This document shows, piece after piece, positions 51,087 to 61,605 of a stretch of DNA of 64,000 nucleotides (position 1 is its first letter; every line of letters starts with the position of its first letter). A model generated the notes under the pieces. It was not told the origin of the DNA. It did no database searches and saw only the letters and a list, made by a program, of their open reading frames with translations. Where the stretch lies: the NCBI GenBank assembly GCA_950097015.1, contig CATNEN010000005.1:620001-684000 (forward strand), in the 5' to 3' direction. This DNA comes from Macrostomum hystrix. Its lineage: Eukaryota > Animalia > Platyhelminthes. The position numbers and the translations under genes are program-made.

Positions 51087-52033
51087 GCCTGGCATTCAGT
51101 GTCAACAGTTTCTCTCTGGCCGCCATCGCCATCATTCGGGCCAGGCAGAGCGCCGCCACAGCGTTGGCGGATCGCGCGGCGCCCACACCGGCCGGCGGAC
51201 GCGGCTTCCGCCTAGTCGCCGTGGCCATCTGGATTGGCGCCATTGTGGCTTCCATACCAGCCCTATTCGCCGTCTCGCTTGAGAAGATTGTGGCCAGCGA
51301 TCTGCTGAACCTGACCGCTCTGCCAGTTGAAATCACTGACAAACTTAATAGGCCGGTGATGTTTCTGTGCTCTGAGTTTCGGCGCGACCCGGCCGGTCGA
51401 TCCGTGCAGAAGGCATTCTCGGCCTATTTTCTGTTCATGCTGTTTCTGTCGCCTTGCGTGGTTCTGGCTTTCTCGTACGGGTTCACGGCCAGGTTTATCA
51501 CCCGCCAGTTTGCCAGACTGGCCACCGGGCAGCAGCGACCGAGGCAGCATCAGCAGCAGCAGCAGTATCCTCTTACCGACTCGGCTGCTGTCTCCGCTTC
51601 TGCCGTAGCGTCATTGTCAACCAGGCCTGTACAGCAGCAGACTCCGCTAATTCAGCGAGACCTTGGAGCTATTGAACACTCTTGTCATCAGCATCATCTG
51701 CATTGCAGTCCGGCTCCTTGTATGGCGCCAACGCCAGCTGCCGCGGCGGCCGCAGCCAACGCAAGAGAGCTTCAACAGAGAACAGTCAGAACTGTGGTAG
51801 TTCTCGTTGCCGTATTCTTTGTCTGTTGGATTCCAAAGGATCTGGTCATTCTAATGCTGGACTTTGTTCTGCAGGACAGACCGTTGTTGGCTTCTTCGCT
51901 GATCGAGTTCTATCCGTATTCGCAGGCGCTGGTCTATCTTCACAGTGCCGCTTGTCCTCTGTTGTACTGGTGCCTAAGCCGCGTGTTTCAGCAGTTTGCT
52001 GCCAACGCCTTGAGCTGCAGCCGGCGCGGTTGA
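51087..52033 (+). CDS. Class A GPCR, terminal exon TM3-TM7 (peptide-receptor-like, atypical motifs)
   Basis: Acceptor tcgaag|GC, phase 1. TM4 W, ECL2 Cys, TM5 P and Y, TM6 FFVCWIP, TM7 CPLLY; long Q/A-rich ICL3. Confidence 0.85.
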
Positions 52034-52089
52034 CAGATGGTAGTCCGGCTTCTGAGGACAATGACATTATTGTAGTGTTAGCATATCTG

Positions 52090-52935
52090 TTATACAATAC
52101 AAACTTCATCACCTGTTAGGCATGACGATCACCTGTTAGAAGGTAAAGATTACCCGTGAGACAGAAATGATCACCTGTCAGCCAGTACAGATTAACTGCT
52201 AGATAGTAACGATTTCCTCTTAGACAGTAAAGATCACCTGTTAGTCACCAAAGATCACCTATTGGACAGTAAGGATCACCTGTTAGACAATAAAGATCAC
52301 CTGTTAGACAATAAAGATCACCTGTTAGACAATAAAGATCACCTGTTAGACAGTAAATATCACCTATTAGACAGTAAGGATCACCTGTTAGACAATAAAG
52401 ATCCCCTGTTAGACAATAAAGATCACCTGTTAGACAGTAAAGATCACCTCTTAGACAGTAAAGATCACCTGTTAGACAGTAAAGATCACCTGTTAGACAG
52501 TAAAGATCCCCTGTTAGACAGTAAAGATCACCTGTTAGACAGTAAAGATCCCCTGTTAGACAATAAAGATCACCTGTTTGACAATAAAGATCACCTGTTA
52601 GACAATAAAGATCACCTGTTAGACAATAAAGATCACCTGTTAGACAATAAAGATCACCTCTTAGACAGTAAAGATCACCTGTTAGACAGTAAAGATCACC
52701 TGTTAGACAATAAAGATCACCTGTTAGACAGTAAATATCACCTCTTAGACAGTAAAGATCACCTGTTAGACAATAAAGATCACCTGTTAGACAATAAAGA
52801 TCACCTGTTAGACAGTAAATATCACCTCTTAGACAGTAAAGATCACCTGTTAGACAATAAAGATCACCTGTTAGACAGTAAAGATCACCTGTTAGACAGT
52901 AAAGATCACCTGTTAGACGTAAAGATCACCTGTTA
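52090..52935. repeat. 21-bp minisatellite aaagatcacctgttagacagt
   Basis: Tandem copies right after the GPCR stop codon. Confidence 0.95.
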
Positions 52936-54094
52936 GACTGTAAAAATCAACGGCTCTAGAACTTATGCCATCTTGTGTTAATTGTAATTTACGCTTTGCT
53001 AATTTGTTAAGTTTCGCCGTCGATAATTAAGCTCACAGTTTTTGTTTTACTAAGCACATTTTATTTATTAGACGTAAGCAGCGAGGTGGCTTTTTGTTTT
53101 ACTTTTCAATTTTTTGTTTTGAAATGTCGTTTCAAATAACGATTTTTCGCTTATTCATCTTTGGATACATTTTTCATTTGCTTCATTAAATTTTGGCTTC
53201 ATTTAGCATTGTGTTATATCGCGCGGTAATTAAAATAATTTTATATCTAGCATCTAGATTTCTATCGTTGTAAATTTTTCGTGGATATTTAAAGTCGTGA
53301 AAGTAGTCTCTAAAACGTAGTCTTTTAAATATATAGCCATTGCAAGTTACAAAGCTTGTTTATCTTCTTTGAAAAGCCTGTTCGTGTCAATACAGTGTCT
53401 CTAAATATTCCTCTATAGCTTCATTCAGCTAGTAAATTGTAAATTTTAAATTCTATTTTTAGAAAATGACGTCACTGGCGCACGTGACCAATCCGAATTC
53501 ATCGGCAGATTTCAAAGAAGTTAAACTTATAAATTTATTGAGCTTGATCTTTTACTTTGGACAATTTCAGCAGATTTCTAACACGAATAAAAATATATTA
53601 TATTGATCTGCATATCTAAAAATTATGAAGGCATCCGATCTTTTTATTATACAGTTTCGCAAAATGAGTTACAAAGTGCTTGCATTGAAGATCGTGTTAA
53701 ATTTTAGTCGGCTAGTTTAATTTAAGCGAGTAAAAATATTGAGCAAATAAAAGTGCAAAATTGAGGTTTGTGGCAAGGAGAACGCCTTTTCTGACTTGAA
53801 AAAATTTGGTTAGGTTACATGACTACAGAAGCTTTCAGGACTACTTTGAAAATTCTGATTAGTAAAACAAAAAATGGAATAACATAAACGAGTTGATTTT
53901 CAATCAATATTTACAATTCGATCAGCAGTTATTTTCACTTAAAGTAAATATTTTTCTTACGTGATGGATGATAGCGGGAAGGTGACAAGATAGAAAACTA
54001 GGAATTAAGCTGTAGGCAAGATTTCGGGAAAACTAGATTGAAATGATGGTAAGAAATGAAAGTGGGAAGATTAGCAAATAGTAAGGCTGGGTGA

Positions 54095-54805
54095 GGAAGC
54101 GGGAAGTTTGGGAAATAGGAAGTGGGAAGACAGGATTAGGAAGTTTAAAGACAGGATTAGGAAGTGGAAAGACTGGATTAGGAAGTGGGAAGACAGGATT
54201 AGGAAGTTGAAAGACAGGATTAGGAAGTGGGAAGACTGGATTAGGAAGTGGGAAGGCGGGAATAGGAAGTGGGAAGACAGGAATAGGAAGTGGGAAGACA
54301 GGATTAGGAAGTGGGAAGACAGGAATAGGAAGTGGGAAGACTGGATTAGGAAATGGGAAGACAGGATTAGAAAATGGGAAGACAGGATTAGGAACTGGGA
54401 AGATTAGGAAATGGGAAGACATGATTAGGAAGTGGGAAGACAGGATTAGGAAGTGGGAAGACAGGATTAGGAAGTGGGAAGACAGGATTAGGAAGTGGGA
54501 AGACAGGAATAGGAAGTGGGAAGGCGGGAATAGGAAGTGGGAAGACAGGAATAGGAAGTGGGAAGACAGGATTAGGAAGTGGGAAGACAGGAATAGGAAG
54601 TGGGAAGGCGGGAATAGGAAGTGGGAAGACAGGAATAGGAAGTGGGAAGGCGGGAATAGGAAGTGGGAAGACAGAAATAGGAAGTGGGAAGACAGGAATA
54701 GGAAGTGGGAAGGCGGGAATAGGAAGTGGGAAGACAGAAATAGGAAGTGGGAAGACAGGATTAGGAAGTGGGAAGACAGGAATAGGAAGTGGGAAGACTG
54801 GAAAT
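54095..54805. repeat. 21-bp purine-rich minisatellite aggaagtgggaagacaggatt
   Basis: Tandem copies. Confidence 0.95.
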
Positions 54806-55022
54806 AAAAAAATGAGATGCTTTAGGGAAGACAAAAATGTTGGACTACAAAGTTTTAGAATTCAAAGATTTGGAATCGTTACATTCGATCAGTTATTTAG
54901 TATTAGGAGGCTATAGATATAACCAATAATAATTCGATCTCATTCCATTAGGACGAACTAGAAATTCTAAAATTGACAAAAATGGAGAGAATGGCGTTAG
55001 TCAAGCATAGATGGGATCCATA

Positions 55023-55217
55023 TTAATTAAGATTCGCTGCCGAGATCAAGTTGTCATCGCCAGCAACCTCAGCAGCTGCCAGTAGCTCCAGCCGTCGCAT
55101 CAGTGCCGGTGCAAAGCCAGGACAGGTGAAATCCCGCTGTCTGGCTCTGTCCGGTGTGGAGACTCGGCGAGGCGGACCTCCCGCCACCGCAGTCTCGGAA
55201 TCAACGACTGGCAGCAT
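55023..55217 (-). CDS. Uncharacterised protein, exon 4 (terminal)
   Basis: Acceptor tttccag|ATG, phase 0. GC-rich open frame to TAA. Confidence 0.55.
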   Translation of the reverse strand: MLPVVDSETAVAGGPPRRVSTPDRARQRDFTCPGFAPALMRRLELLAAAEVAGDDNLISAANLN

Positions 55218-55369
55218 CTGGAAATGGAATGGATTGTACCTGACTGTGCAAGTGTTTGATTAACAAGGTAACTGCGTAGAAAATTAATCATCGAGGAATA
55301 AATTGTAGCGATTGCAAAGTAGGTGAAGCTTTAGTAATTTATGTTTTAAAAAATTCAGTGTGAAATTAG

Positions 55370-55630
55370 GATTCTCAAAGAATGAGGATTTTGAGAATAG
55401 GGATTCGGAAATACTGATTATTTAGAGAAACGAGATTGCGTAGAATGAAAATTAATCAAATTTGAGAATCTGAGATTAGGAAAGAATGAGGATTTCGATC
55501 ATCTGAGAAAGGGAAGAATGAGGATTTTTATAATAATAAATTGGGAAACCATGAGGATTTCGATAATCTGAGATTGGTAAAATGAGGATTTTTAGCATCT
55601 GAGATTAGGGAAGAATGAGGATTTTTAGAA
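55370..55630. repeat. Degenerate ~35-bp repeat (tctgagattagggaagaatgaggatttt)
   Basis: Several decayed copies in an intron. Confidence 0.65.
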
Positions 55631-56087
55631 TTTCTTCTTGTTCGTCGATTTAGTGAAGTTCGGCACTGACTGATTGTTGTTGAGTAATGCAACAAGAGTA
55701 CAAAGCGACATTTAAAATGCATGTAGATGAAAAAAATTAGGAAAATTTGAGTTTTTTATACCTGCCAATCTTGTTGTGTGCTCAGCTTTCACGTGTAATC
55801 TCATGCAACAAATTACTGAAAGCTAAAACATTTTTGGGTTACAAGAAAGATAGTTGTTTTCTTTCGCCAAAAAGGGGTAGCAATATTTTCGACTTTTTTT
55901 CTTTAATAAATGTTAGTTCGTTTGGATATTTCATACTATATATGCAGCATGCCGCATATAAAAATACAGCAGCATACTACTTGTCATTATTACGTTAGTA
56001 ATATGCTTAGTATACTATGCTTTCTGAATAAAATATGAATATCTCTATAAAAGTAACAAACACTAAAATTTGACGGCAATCTGCATT

Positions 56088-56240
56088 CAAATTCTATTGG
56101 CTGAGATAAGTCACGTCCTAAAAAGGTTTTCCCCACATTAAAATTCTATTGGCTGCGATTAGTCACGTGCAAAAAGACCTTCCCCACATTAAAATTCTAT
56201 TGGCTGCGGTTAGTCACGTGCTATGAAGGCTTCCCCAACA
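56088..56240. repeat. Three copies of a 51-52-bp unit containing ATTGG and GTCACGT(G)
   Basis: aaattctattggctg...agtcacgt...ttccccac x3; partial inverted copy near 56341-56355. Confidence 0.8.
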
Positions 56241-56602
56241 ATTGTTACTAAAATAGCCCTGCAGTTTATCAAACTTCCTCATCCAATCAAAAGTTATGAA
56301 AATAGCTCAATTAAATAAAAAGCAACAGCTCATCAGCCGACAGCCAATCAGAATTCGAGGACTATTTTAATAAAGAAATGGAGGAGTAATTATTTTAATA
56401 TTGCACGTCAAATGGAAAGCTGATAAGCGATTTCGGATCCTTACTCTCATTCTCAAACTTGTAGCATCTTTGTTCTCATCTTGTCCGTTGATAAGAAATT
56501 TGTATGGTCGCTTGAAATGATTATAGATTAAAGCAATTGATCGTCATTGACATTTTCGGGTTCAAAAACAGCCTAATAATTGGAAATTTTGTAAAATCTT
56601 AC

Positions 56603-56669
56603 CTCAGAAGAAATCAATGACAAGCTGTCAGACTTTCGATCCCCTGCCACGTCACCGCGAGCTCGACCG
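56603..56669 (-). CDS. Uncharacterised protein, exon 3 (67 nt)
   Basis: Acceptor cttgcag|C and donor GAG|gtaag. Reconciles the phase-2 end of exon 2 with the phase-0 start of exon 4. Confidence 0.55.
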
Positions 56670-56859
56670 CTGCAAGTCGGAGTTACAATTTCGATTGTAG
56701 TCGGCAATTATTTTGTCTTAATTGGTCTTAATTTAGATATTTTTTATTGCTTCTTAACAGGTAAAAGACAAATATGATAGATAATTAGTAAACTAATTTA
56801 TTAAAACTAGTAGAACAAAAAATAGCTTTTGAAAGGATAGCTAAAAACCTAAAAATGAC

Positions 56860-57240
56860 ATTGAGAGGTGGTAATTACTAACAGAATGACCTTAAGGCGC
56901 AGAATCAATAAAAAAACGGAAAACACTTAGTCAATCAAGCCTATACAGAATGACCTTGAGAAGGCTGTCAACAAACCAACAGAATGACCTTGAGAGAGGG
57001 TACCAAGTTATATACAAAACGACCTTGAGAAAGATTAACGCATAGCCTTTAAAATGGCCTTGAGAAACGGTAACCAATAACGTGGAGAATGACCTTGAGA
57101 AACTAAAACAAATAACCTACTGAATGACCTTGAAAAAGGATAACGAATATCCTACAGAATGACCTTGAGAAACGATAATCAATAACCTGCAGAATGAACT
57201 TCAGAAAGAGTAACTGAAAAGCAACAGAATGACGTTTATA
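56860..57240. repeat. Degenerate ~45-bp repeat with core cagaatgaccttgaga
   Basis: About 8 decayed copies. Confidence 0.7.
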
Positions 57241-57867
57241 GGGTGGTCTTAGAAAAAAAGTATTTTATTTAACTGATTTTCTACGGAGGCTCATGGCTGC
57301 CTGACGCTAACAATAAATTCGTGCAACTCTTGGTATTGGTGCAATAATAAAGAACTATTTCCCCAGCATTTTATCGCAAAAAATGTAACATTTGGTCTCT
57401 CAAAATAAATCCAAAGACAAAAGTACAAGATAAACAGTTTCAAGAAAATTATTTTAGACAAAAAGTCAAAGCTTCTTCAACGAGCCTGGTCTGGTTCTTC
57501 TGTAAAATAAAAAAGTTTAGCTTAAATTTCCTGCGTTTAATCAGTATGAAGAGCTTTTGTTCTTGTTAGTTTAAATAAAAAGCTGCTATCAAAGCTACTA
57601 CTTCTGTTTAGTAGTTAGATTACTTGAAAATGTGTTTTTTATTTCGAAAAACTTTTACTCTATACATTTTAGTACAAGTTGAATATGCCTTTCTTTTTTT
57701 TCAATCACTCGGGGGAGATCTAAGCTGGTTTTAAAAGAAGAAACTAAAAGAAAAACTTTACCTGATAATAAAATATGAGCCTGGCAGTACTTTCCTATTG
57801 ATTCAATTTGCGTTAGAATTATCGACTCATTTTTAAATGCTATCACAAATAACACATACACATAATC

Positions 57868-59080
57868 TGCAACCATCCATCACTGATCCTTCTATGGGAT
57901 CTGCAACCATCCATCACTGATCCTTCTATAGGATCTGCAACCATCCATCACTGATCCTTCTATGGGATCTGCAACCATCCATCACTGATCCTTCTATAGG
58001 ATCTGCAACCATCCATCACTGATCCCTCTATGGGATCTGCAACCATCCATCACTGATCCTTCTATAGGATCTGCAACCATCCATCACTGATCCTTCTATA
58101 GGATCTGCAACCATCCATCACTGATCCTTCTATAGGATCTGCAACCATCCATCACTGATCCTTCTATAGGATCTGCAACCATCCATCACTGATCCTTCTA
58201 TAGGATCTGCAACCATCCATCACTGATCCTTCTATGGGATCTGCAACCATCCATCACTGATCCTTCTATGGGATCTGCAACCATCCATCACTGATCCTTC
58301 TATAGGATCTGCAACCATCCATCACTGATCCTTCTATAGGATCTGCAACCATCCATCACTGATCCTTCTATAGGATCTGCAACCATCCATCACTGATCCT
58401 TCTATAGGATCTGCAACCATCCATCACTGATCCTTCTATAGGATCTGCAACCATCCATCACTGATCCTTCTATAGGATCTGCAACCATCCATCACTGATC
58501 CTTCTATAGGATCTGCAACCATCCATCACTGATCCTTCTATAGGATCTGCAACCATCCATCACTGATCCTTCTATAGGATCTGCAACCATCCATCACTGA
58601 TCCTTCTATAGGATCTGCAACCATCCATCACTGATCCTTCTATGGGATCTGCAACCATCCATCACTGATCCTTCTATAGGATCTGCAACCATCCATCACT
58701 GATCCTTCTATGGGATCTGCAACCATCCATCACTGCTCCTTCTATAGGATCTGCAACCATCCATCACTGATCCTTCTATAGGATCTGCAACCATCCATCA
58801 CTGATCCTTCTATAGGATCTGCAACCATCCATCACTGATCCTTCTATAGGATCTGCAACCATCCATCACTGATCCTTCTATAGGATCTGCAACCATCCAT
58901 CACTGATCCTTCTATAGGATCTGCAACCATCCATCACTGATCCTTCTATAGGATCTGCAACCATCCATCACTGATCCTTCTATAGGATCTGCAACCATCC
59001 ATCACTGATCCTTCTATGGGATCTGCAACCATCCATCACTGATCCTTCTATAGGATCTGCAACCATCCATCACTGATCCT
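57868..59080. repeat. 34-bp minisatellite gcaaccatccatcactgatccttctataggatct
   Basis: About 35 near-identical copies ending about 48 nt from the donor at 59128. Confidence 0.97.
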
Positions 59081-59128
59081 AATTCAGTGAATCAAAGTGA
59101 ATAAATCCCAAAGCAAGCAGTCACTCAC

Positions 59129-59739
59129 TTGGTCAGCAAATCCACTTGCTGGCTCAGATTGCTTGCGGTTCGTTTATTTCCAGCGCCATTGCCAACTGCG
59201 GCTACACCAGCTGACTGCTGTTGCACAGCTGAAGGCTCGCTGAGAACGCCTTGAATTCGCGTCTGAGTTTTCACTCCAACCGTATTCGTTAGGCTGTACT
59301 TTTTAGCTACGGACCAGACGCCGTCAAATGCAGAATTTGTTACACCTCCGGTTGTTGTTGTTGTGGTTGGCATTGAGTTTGCCGAAGCAGCCACGGCAAC
59401 TGGCGGCAACGTCTGAATGACAGAAGCCACGAGAGGCTGCGATTGCGAAGGCGACGGAGGAGCAATCAGGCAGGACGTCAGTCGCTGAACACTCGGCTGT
59501 ACAAACAGATTCGCCAAGTAGCTGTGCTCATCGGTGTAGTATTTCAGATAGATTTCTGGATCCAGCGAGTGAATGAAGGCGAACGGTTTGCTCAAACGGG
59601 CGCTAGTCTTTCCATAGAGGCTGCCGAGTAAATCGCGTTTGTTTGTAACTGTGCGAATTGTGTAGACAACCTTTGGCGGTATCAGTTGAGAGTCGACGCC
59701 TGTTTCCCAGCCACTCAGGAACGTTCGTGTGTCTGTAGA
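59129..59739 (-). CDS. Uncharacterised protein, exon 2
   Basis: Acceptor aaacag|TCT. 203 open codons with a globular-looking part (FLSGWETG...PFAFIHSLDPEIYLKYYTDEHSYLANLF) then a low-complexity part. Donor AA|gtgagt. Confidence 0.7.
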
Positions 59740-59913
59740 CTGTTTGGTAAAAACAAAGATGCATAAAAAGTAATTACTAAACTAAAAAAATATTGAATTT
59801 GTTTAATTCCATCGTTTAATGCTCTGAAGTTATATCCTCGTACGCTTTTAGAAGCAATATGACCGTGTTAGACTTAAACAATAACAATGTTGTTATAAAA
59901 TTTTCAAATGTAC

Positions 59914-60027
59914 CTGTTTTGTTCCGCTAATGCTTCTCTGACCTCCTTTAGCAAATAAAGCAAACTCCGATACTCCAATTAATCTCTTAGCGTAGTGTGC
60001 ATCTGAAAATTGGGCTTCACAAACCAT
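59914..60027 (-). CDS. Uncharacterised protein, probable exon 1
   Basis: ATG at 60027, MVCEAQFSDAHYAKRLIGVSEFALFAKGGQRSISGTKQ. Donor CAG|gtac, in phase with exon 2. Confidence 0.5.
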
Positions 60028-60553
60028 TTCGTGTTAGATAGTTTTAGATCTCGATATTAATTTCACCACTCGACTCATTGCCAGTTTTTCGACTGGCCTA
60101 AAGTTTGGCGCGCTAGACAAAAAGCAAGAAATGAAGCTGCTTTTCTACGTAAGATTCAAAGAATTTGCCTAAACAAGATCCTTTAATGGATTGATTCCTT
60201 TTCGAATAATAACGTAACATCAGCGATAATGTAAAGAAAATGTGCTATTTTACAACAACTGAAAATGCTGTTTGCAGTATAAATAAAATTAGCATAAAAA
60301 GCCAGCTTATTGAAAAAATTATGCTATAAATTTACATTTTTGTATTACTTTTATTTTTTCTAATATCTTTAGGGTTGTAGTTAAAAAACTAAGGTTTGTT
60401 TTAATGTGCTGTTTAGCACTCTTTAAATTTACTAGAAAGTTAGAAATAAGTTTTCCTTTTTCTTGAGGCATTCAACTTAAAATTAGTAGCCACTAACGAA
60501 ACGACTGGTTAGTGACTAAGTTCATATTTTAATTCCTTTCGTAAGTACTTACT
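60028..60553. promoter_or_regulatory. Probable bidirectional promoter region
   Basis: 526 bp between divergent start codons (60027 on minus, 60554 on plus); no core promoter elements positively identified. Confidence 0.45.
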
Positions 60554-60638
60554 ATGGCTACTCAGTCCAGCAGTGGAATCCAAATGCTTCTTCAGGCAGA
60601 GAAGAAGGCCAAGGAGAAGATAGAAGAGGCTCGCAAAA
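60554..60638 (+). CDS. ATP6V1G: V-type proton ATPase subunit G, exon 1
   Basis: MATQSSSGIQMLLQAEKKAKEKIEEARK, the family GIQxLLxAEK motif. Donor A|gtaag, phase 1. Confidence 0.95.
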
Positions 60639-61293
60639 GTAAGATTTTTAATTATATATATGTAGGCTTCGTTAAGCTGATAATGCTACATTTAAAAATA
60701 AAATTATGCGTAATTGTAGCTTATATGATTTCTCCTCCTCGTAATTATTTTATCTAAGTCTTTTTTATCTACACGAAACTCGAAAGTATTCTATTTTGAT
60801 GTATACAAAATCTGTTTTTTATTTAGAATTTAGCTTAATTGAAGAAGAGATTAAGTTTATATAGTATCGCAAATCTAGCTATAATAAATCCCTATAATTT
60901 GTAAAGCTTACTAATGTGATAATAAGAACATACATAGCTAGGTGTAGCCAATGTTTACATTATGTCAATTCAATAATTGGAAAGAGTTCTGTAGGCCTAC
61001 AATACTTTCTTATTAGTACTTTGTTTAGTATTTAACTATATGCAATGTCTTTGTACAAACAGATGACCACTGTTTTTAGAAGTTTAAAAAATTGGCCTAG
61101 CATATTTAAGAATGTATCCTTGTCCATTTGTCAATTTTCATTTCAACCATTAGTGTCTGATTCCTAAAGAGAATAGTTTGTCACTTTGTCTAATGTGTCA
61201 TTAGCAGGTATATGCAATTAAGATAACAGCCTCACATGTCCAGTTGCTAGAAAGACATGGTCCCACTGATATGTATAAAATAAGCCTATAATA

Positions 61294-61605
61294 AGAGGTT
61301 GTAGCCTTGTCGTTAGAGTTGTGGACTTACAACTTAAAGGTCAGGGGTTCGATTTCTGACTCCTCTGGACCAATTTTTGTCCTTTAGTAAGACACTTAAC
61401 TCTGCATTGCTTCAGTTCACCCAGCTGTTAAATGGGTACCAAAATTAGCTGGGATAATTGAAGGTGGGTATGGCATCCCCCCAGTCCATGGACTGATCAG
61501 CTGCACGCAGCCTTCAGATGTGCCGTGCAATAGCTGCAGCTGTGCTGTTGGCTGCATATCTAGCCCAATCAGACAGGTGTAATCAATTAGTTAATTATTA
61601 TTAAT
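61294..61605 (+). mobile_element. tRNA-derived SINE (uninterrupted copy) in ATP6V1G intron
   Basis: Colinear and highly similar to 39455-39686 plus 40107-40195. Confidence 0.85.

Noticed and set aside
50498-51087. GAAGG direct repeat at both GPCR intron boundaries suggesting an introner TSD
   Set aside because: AG|G proto-splice context is common, there are no TIRs, and there is no similarity to other introns in the window.
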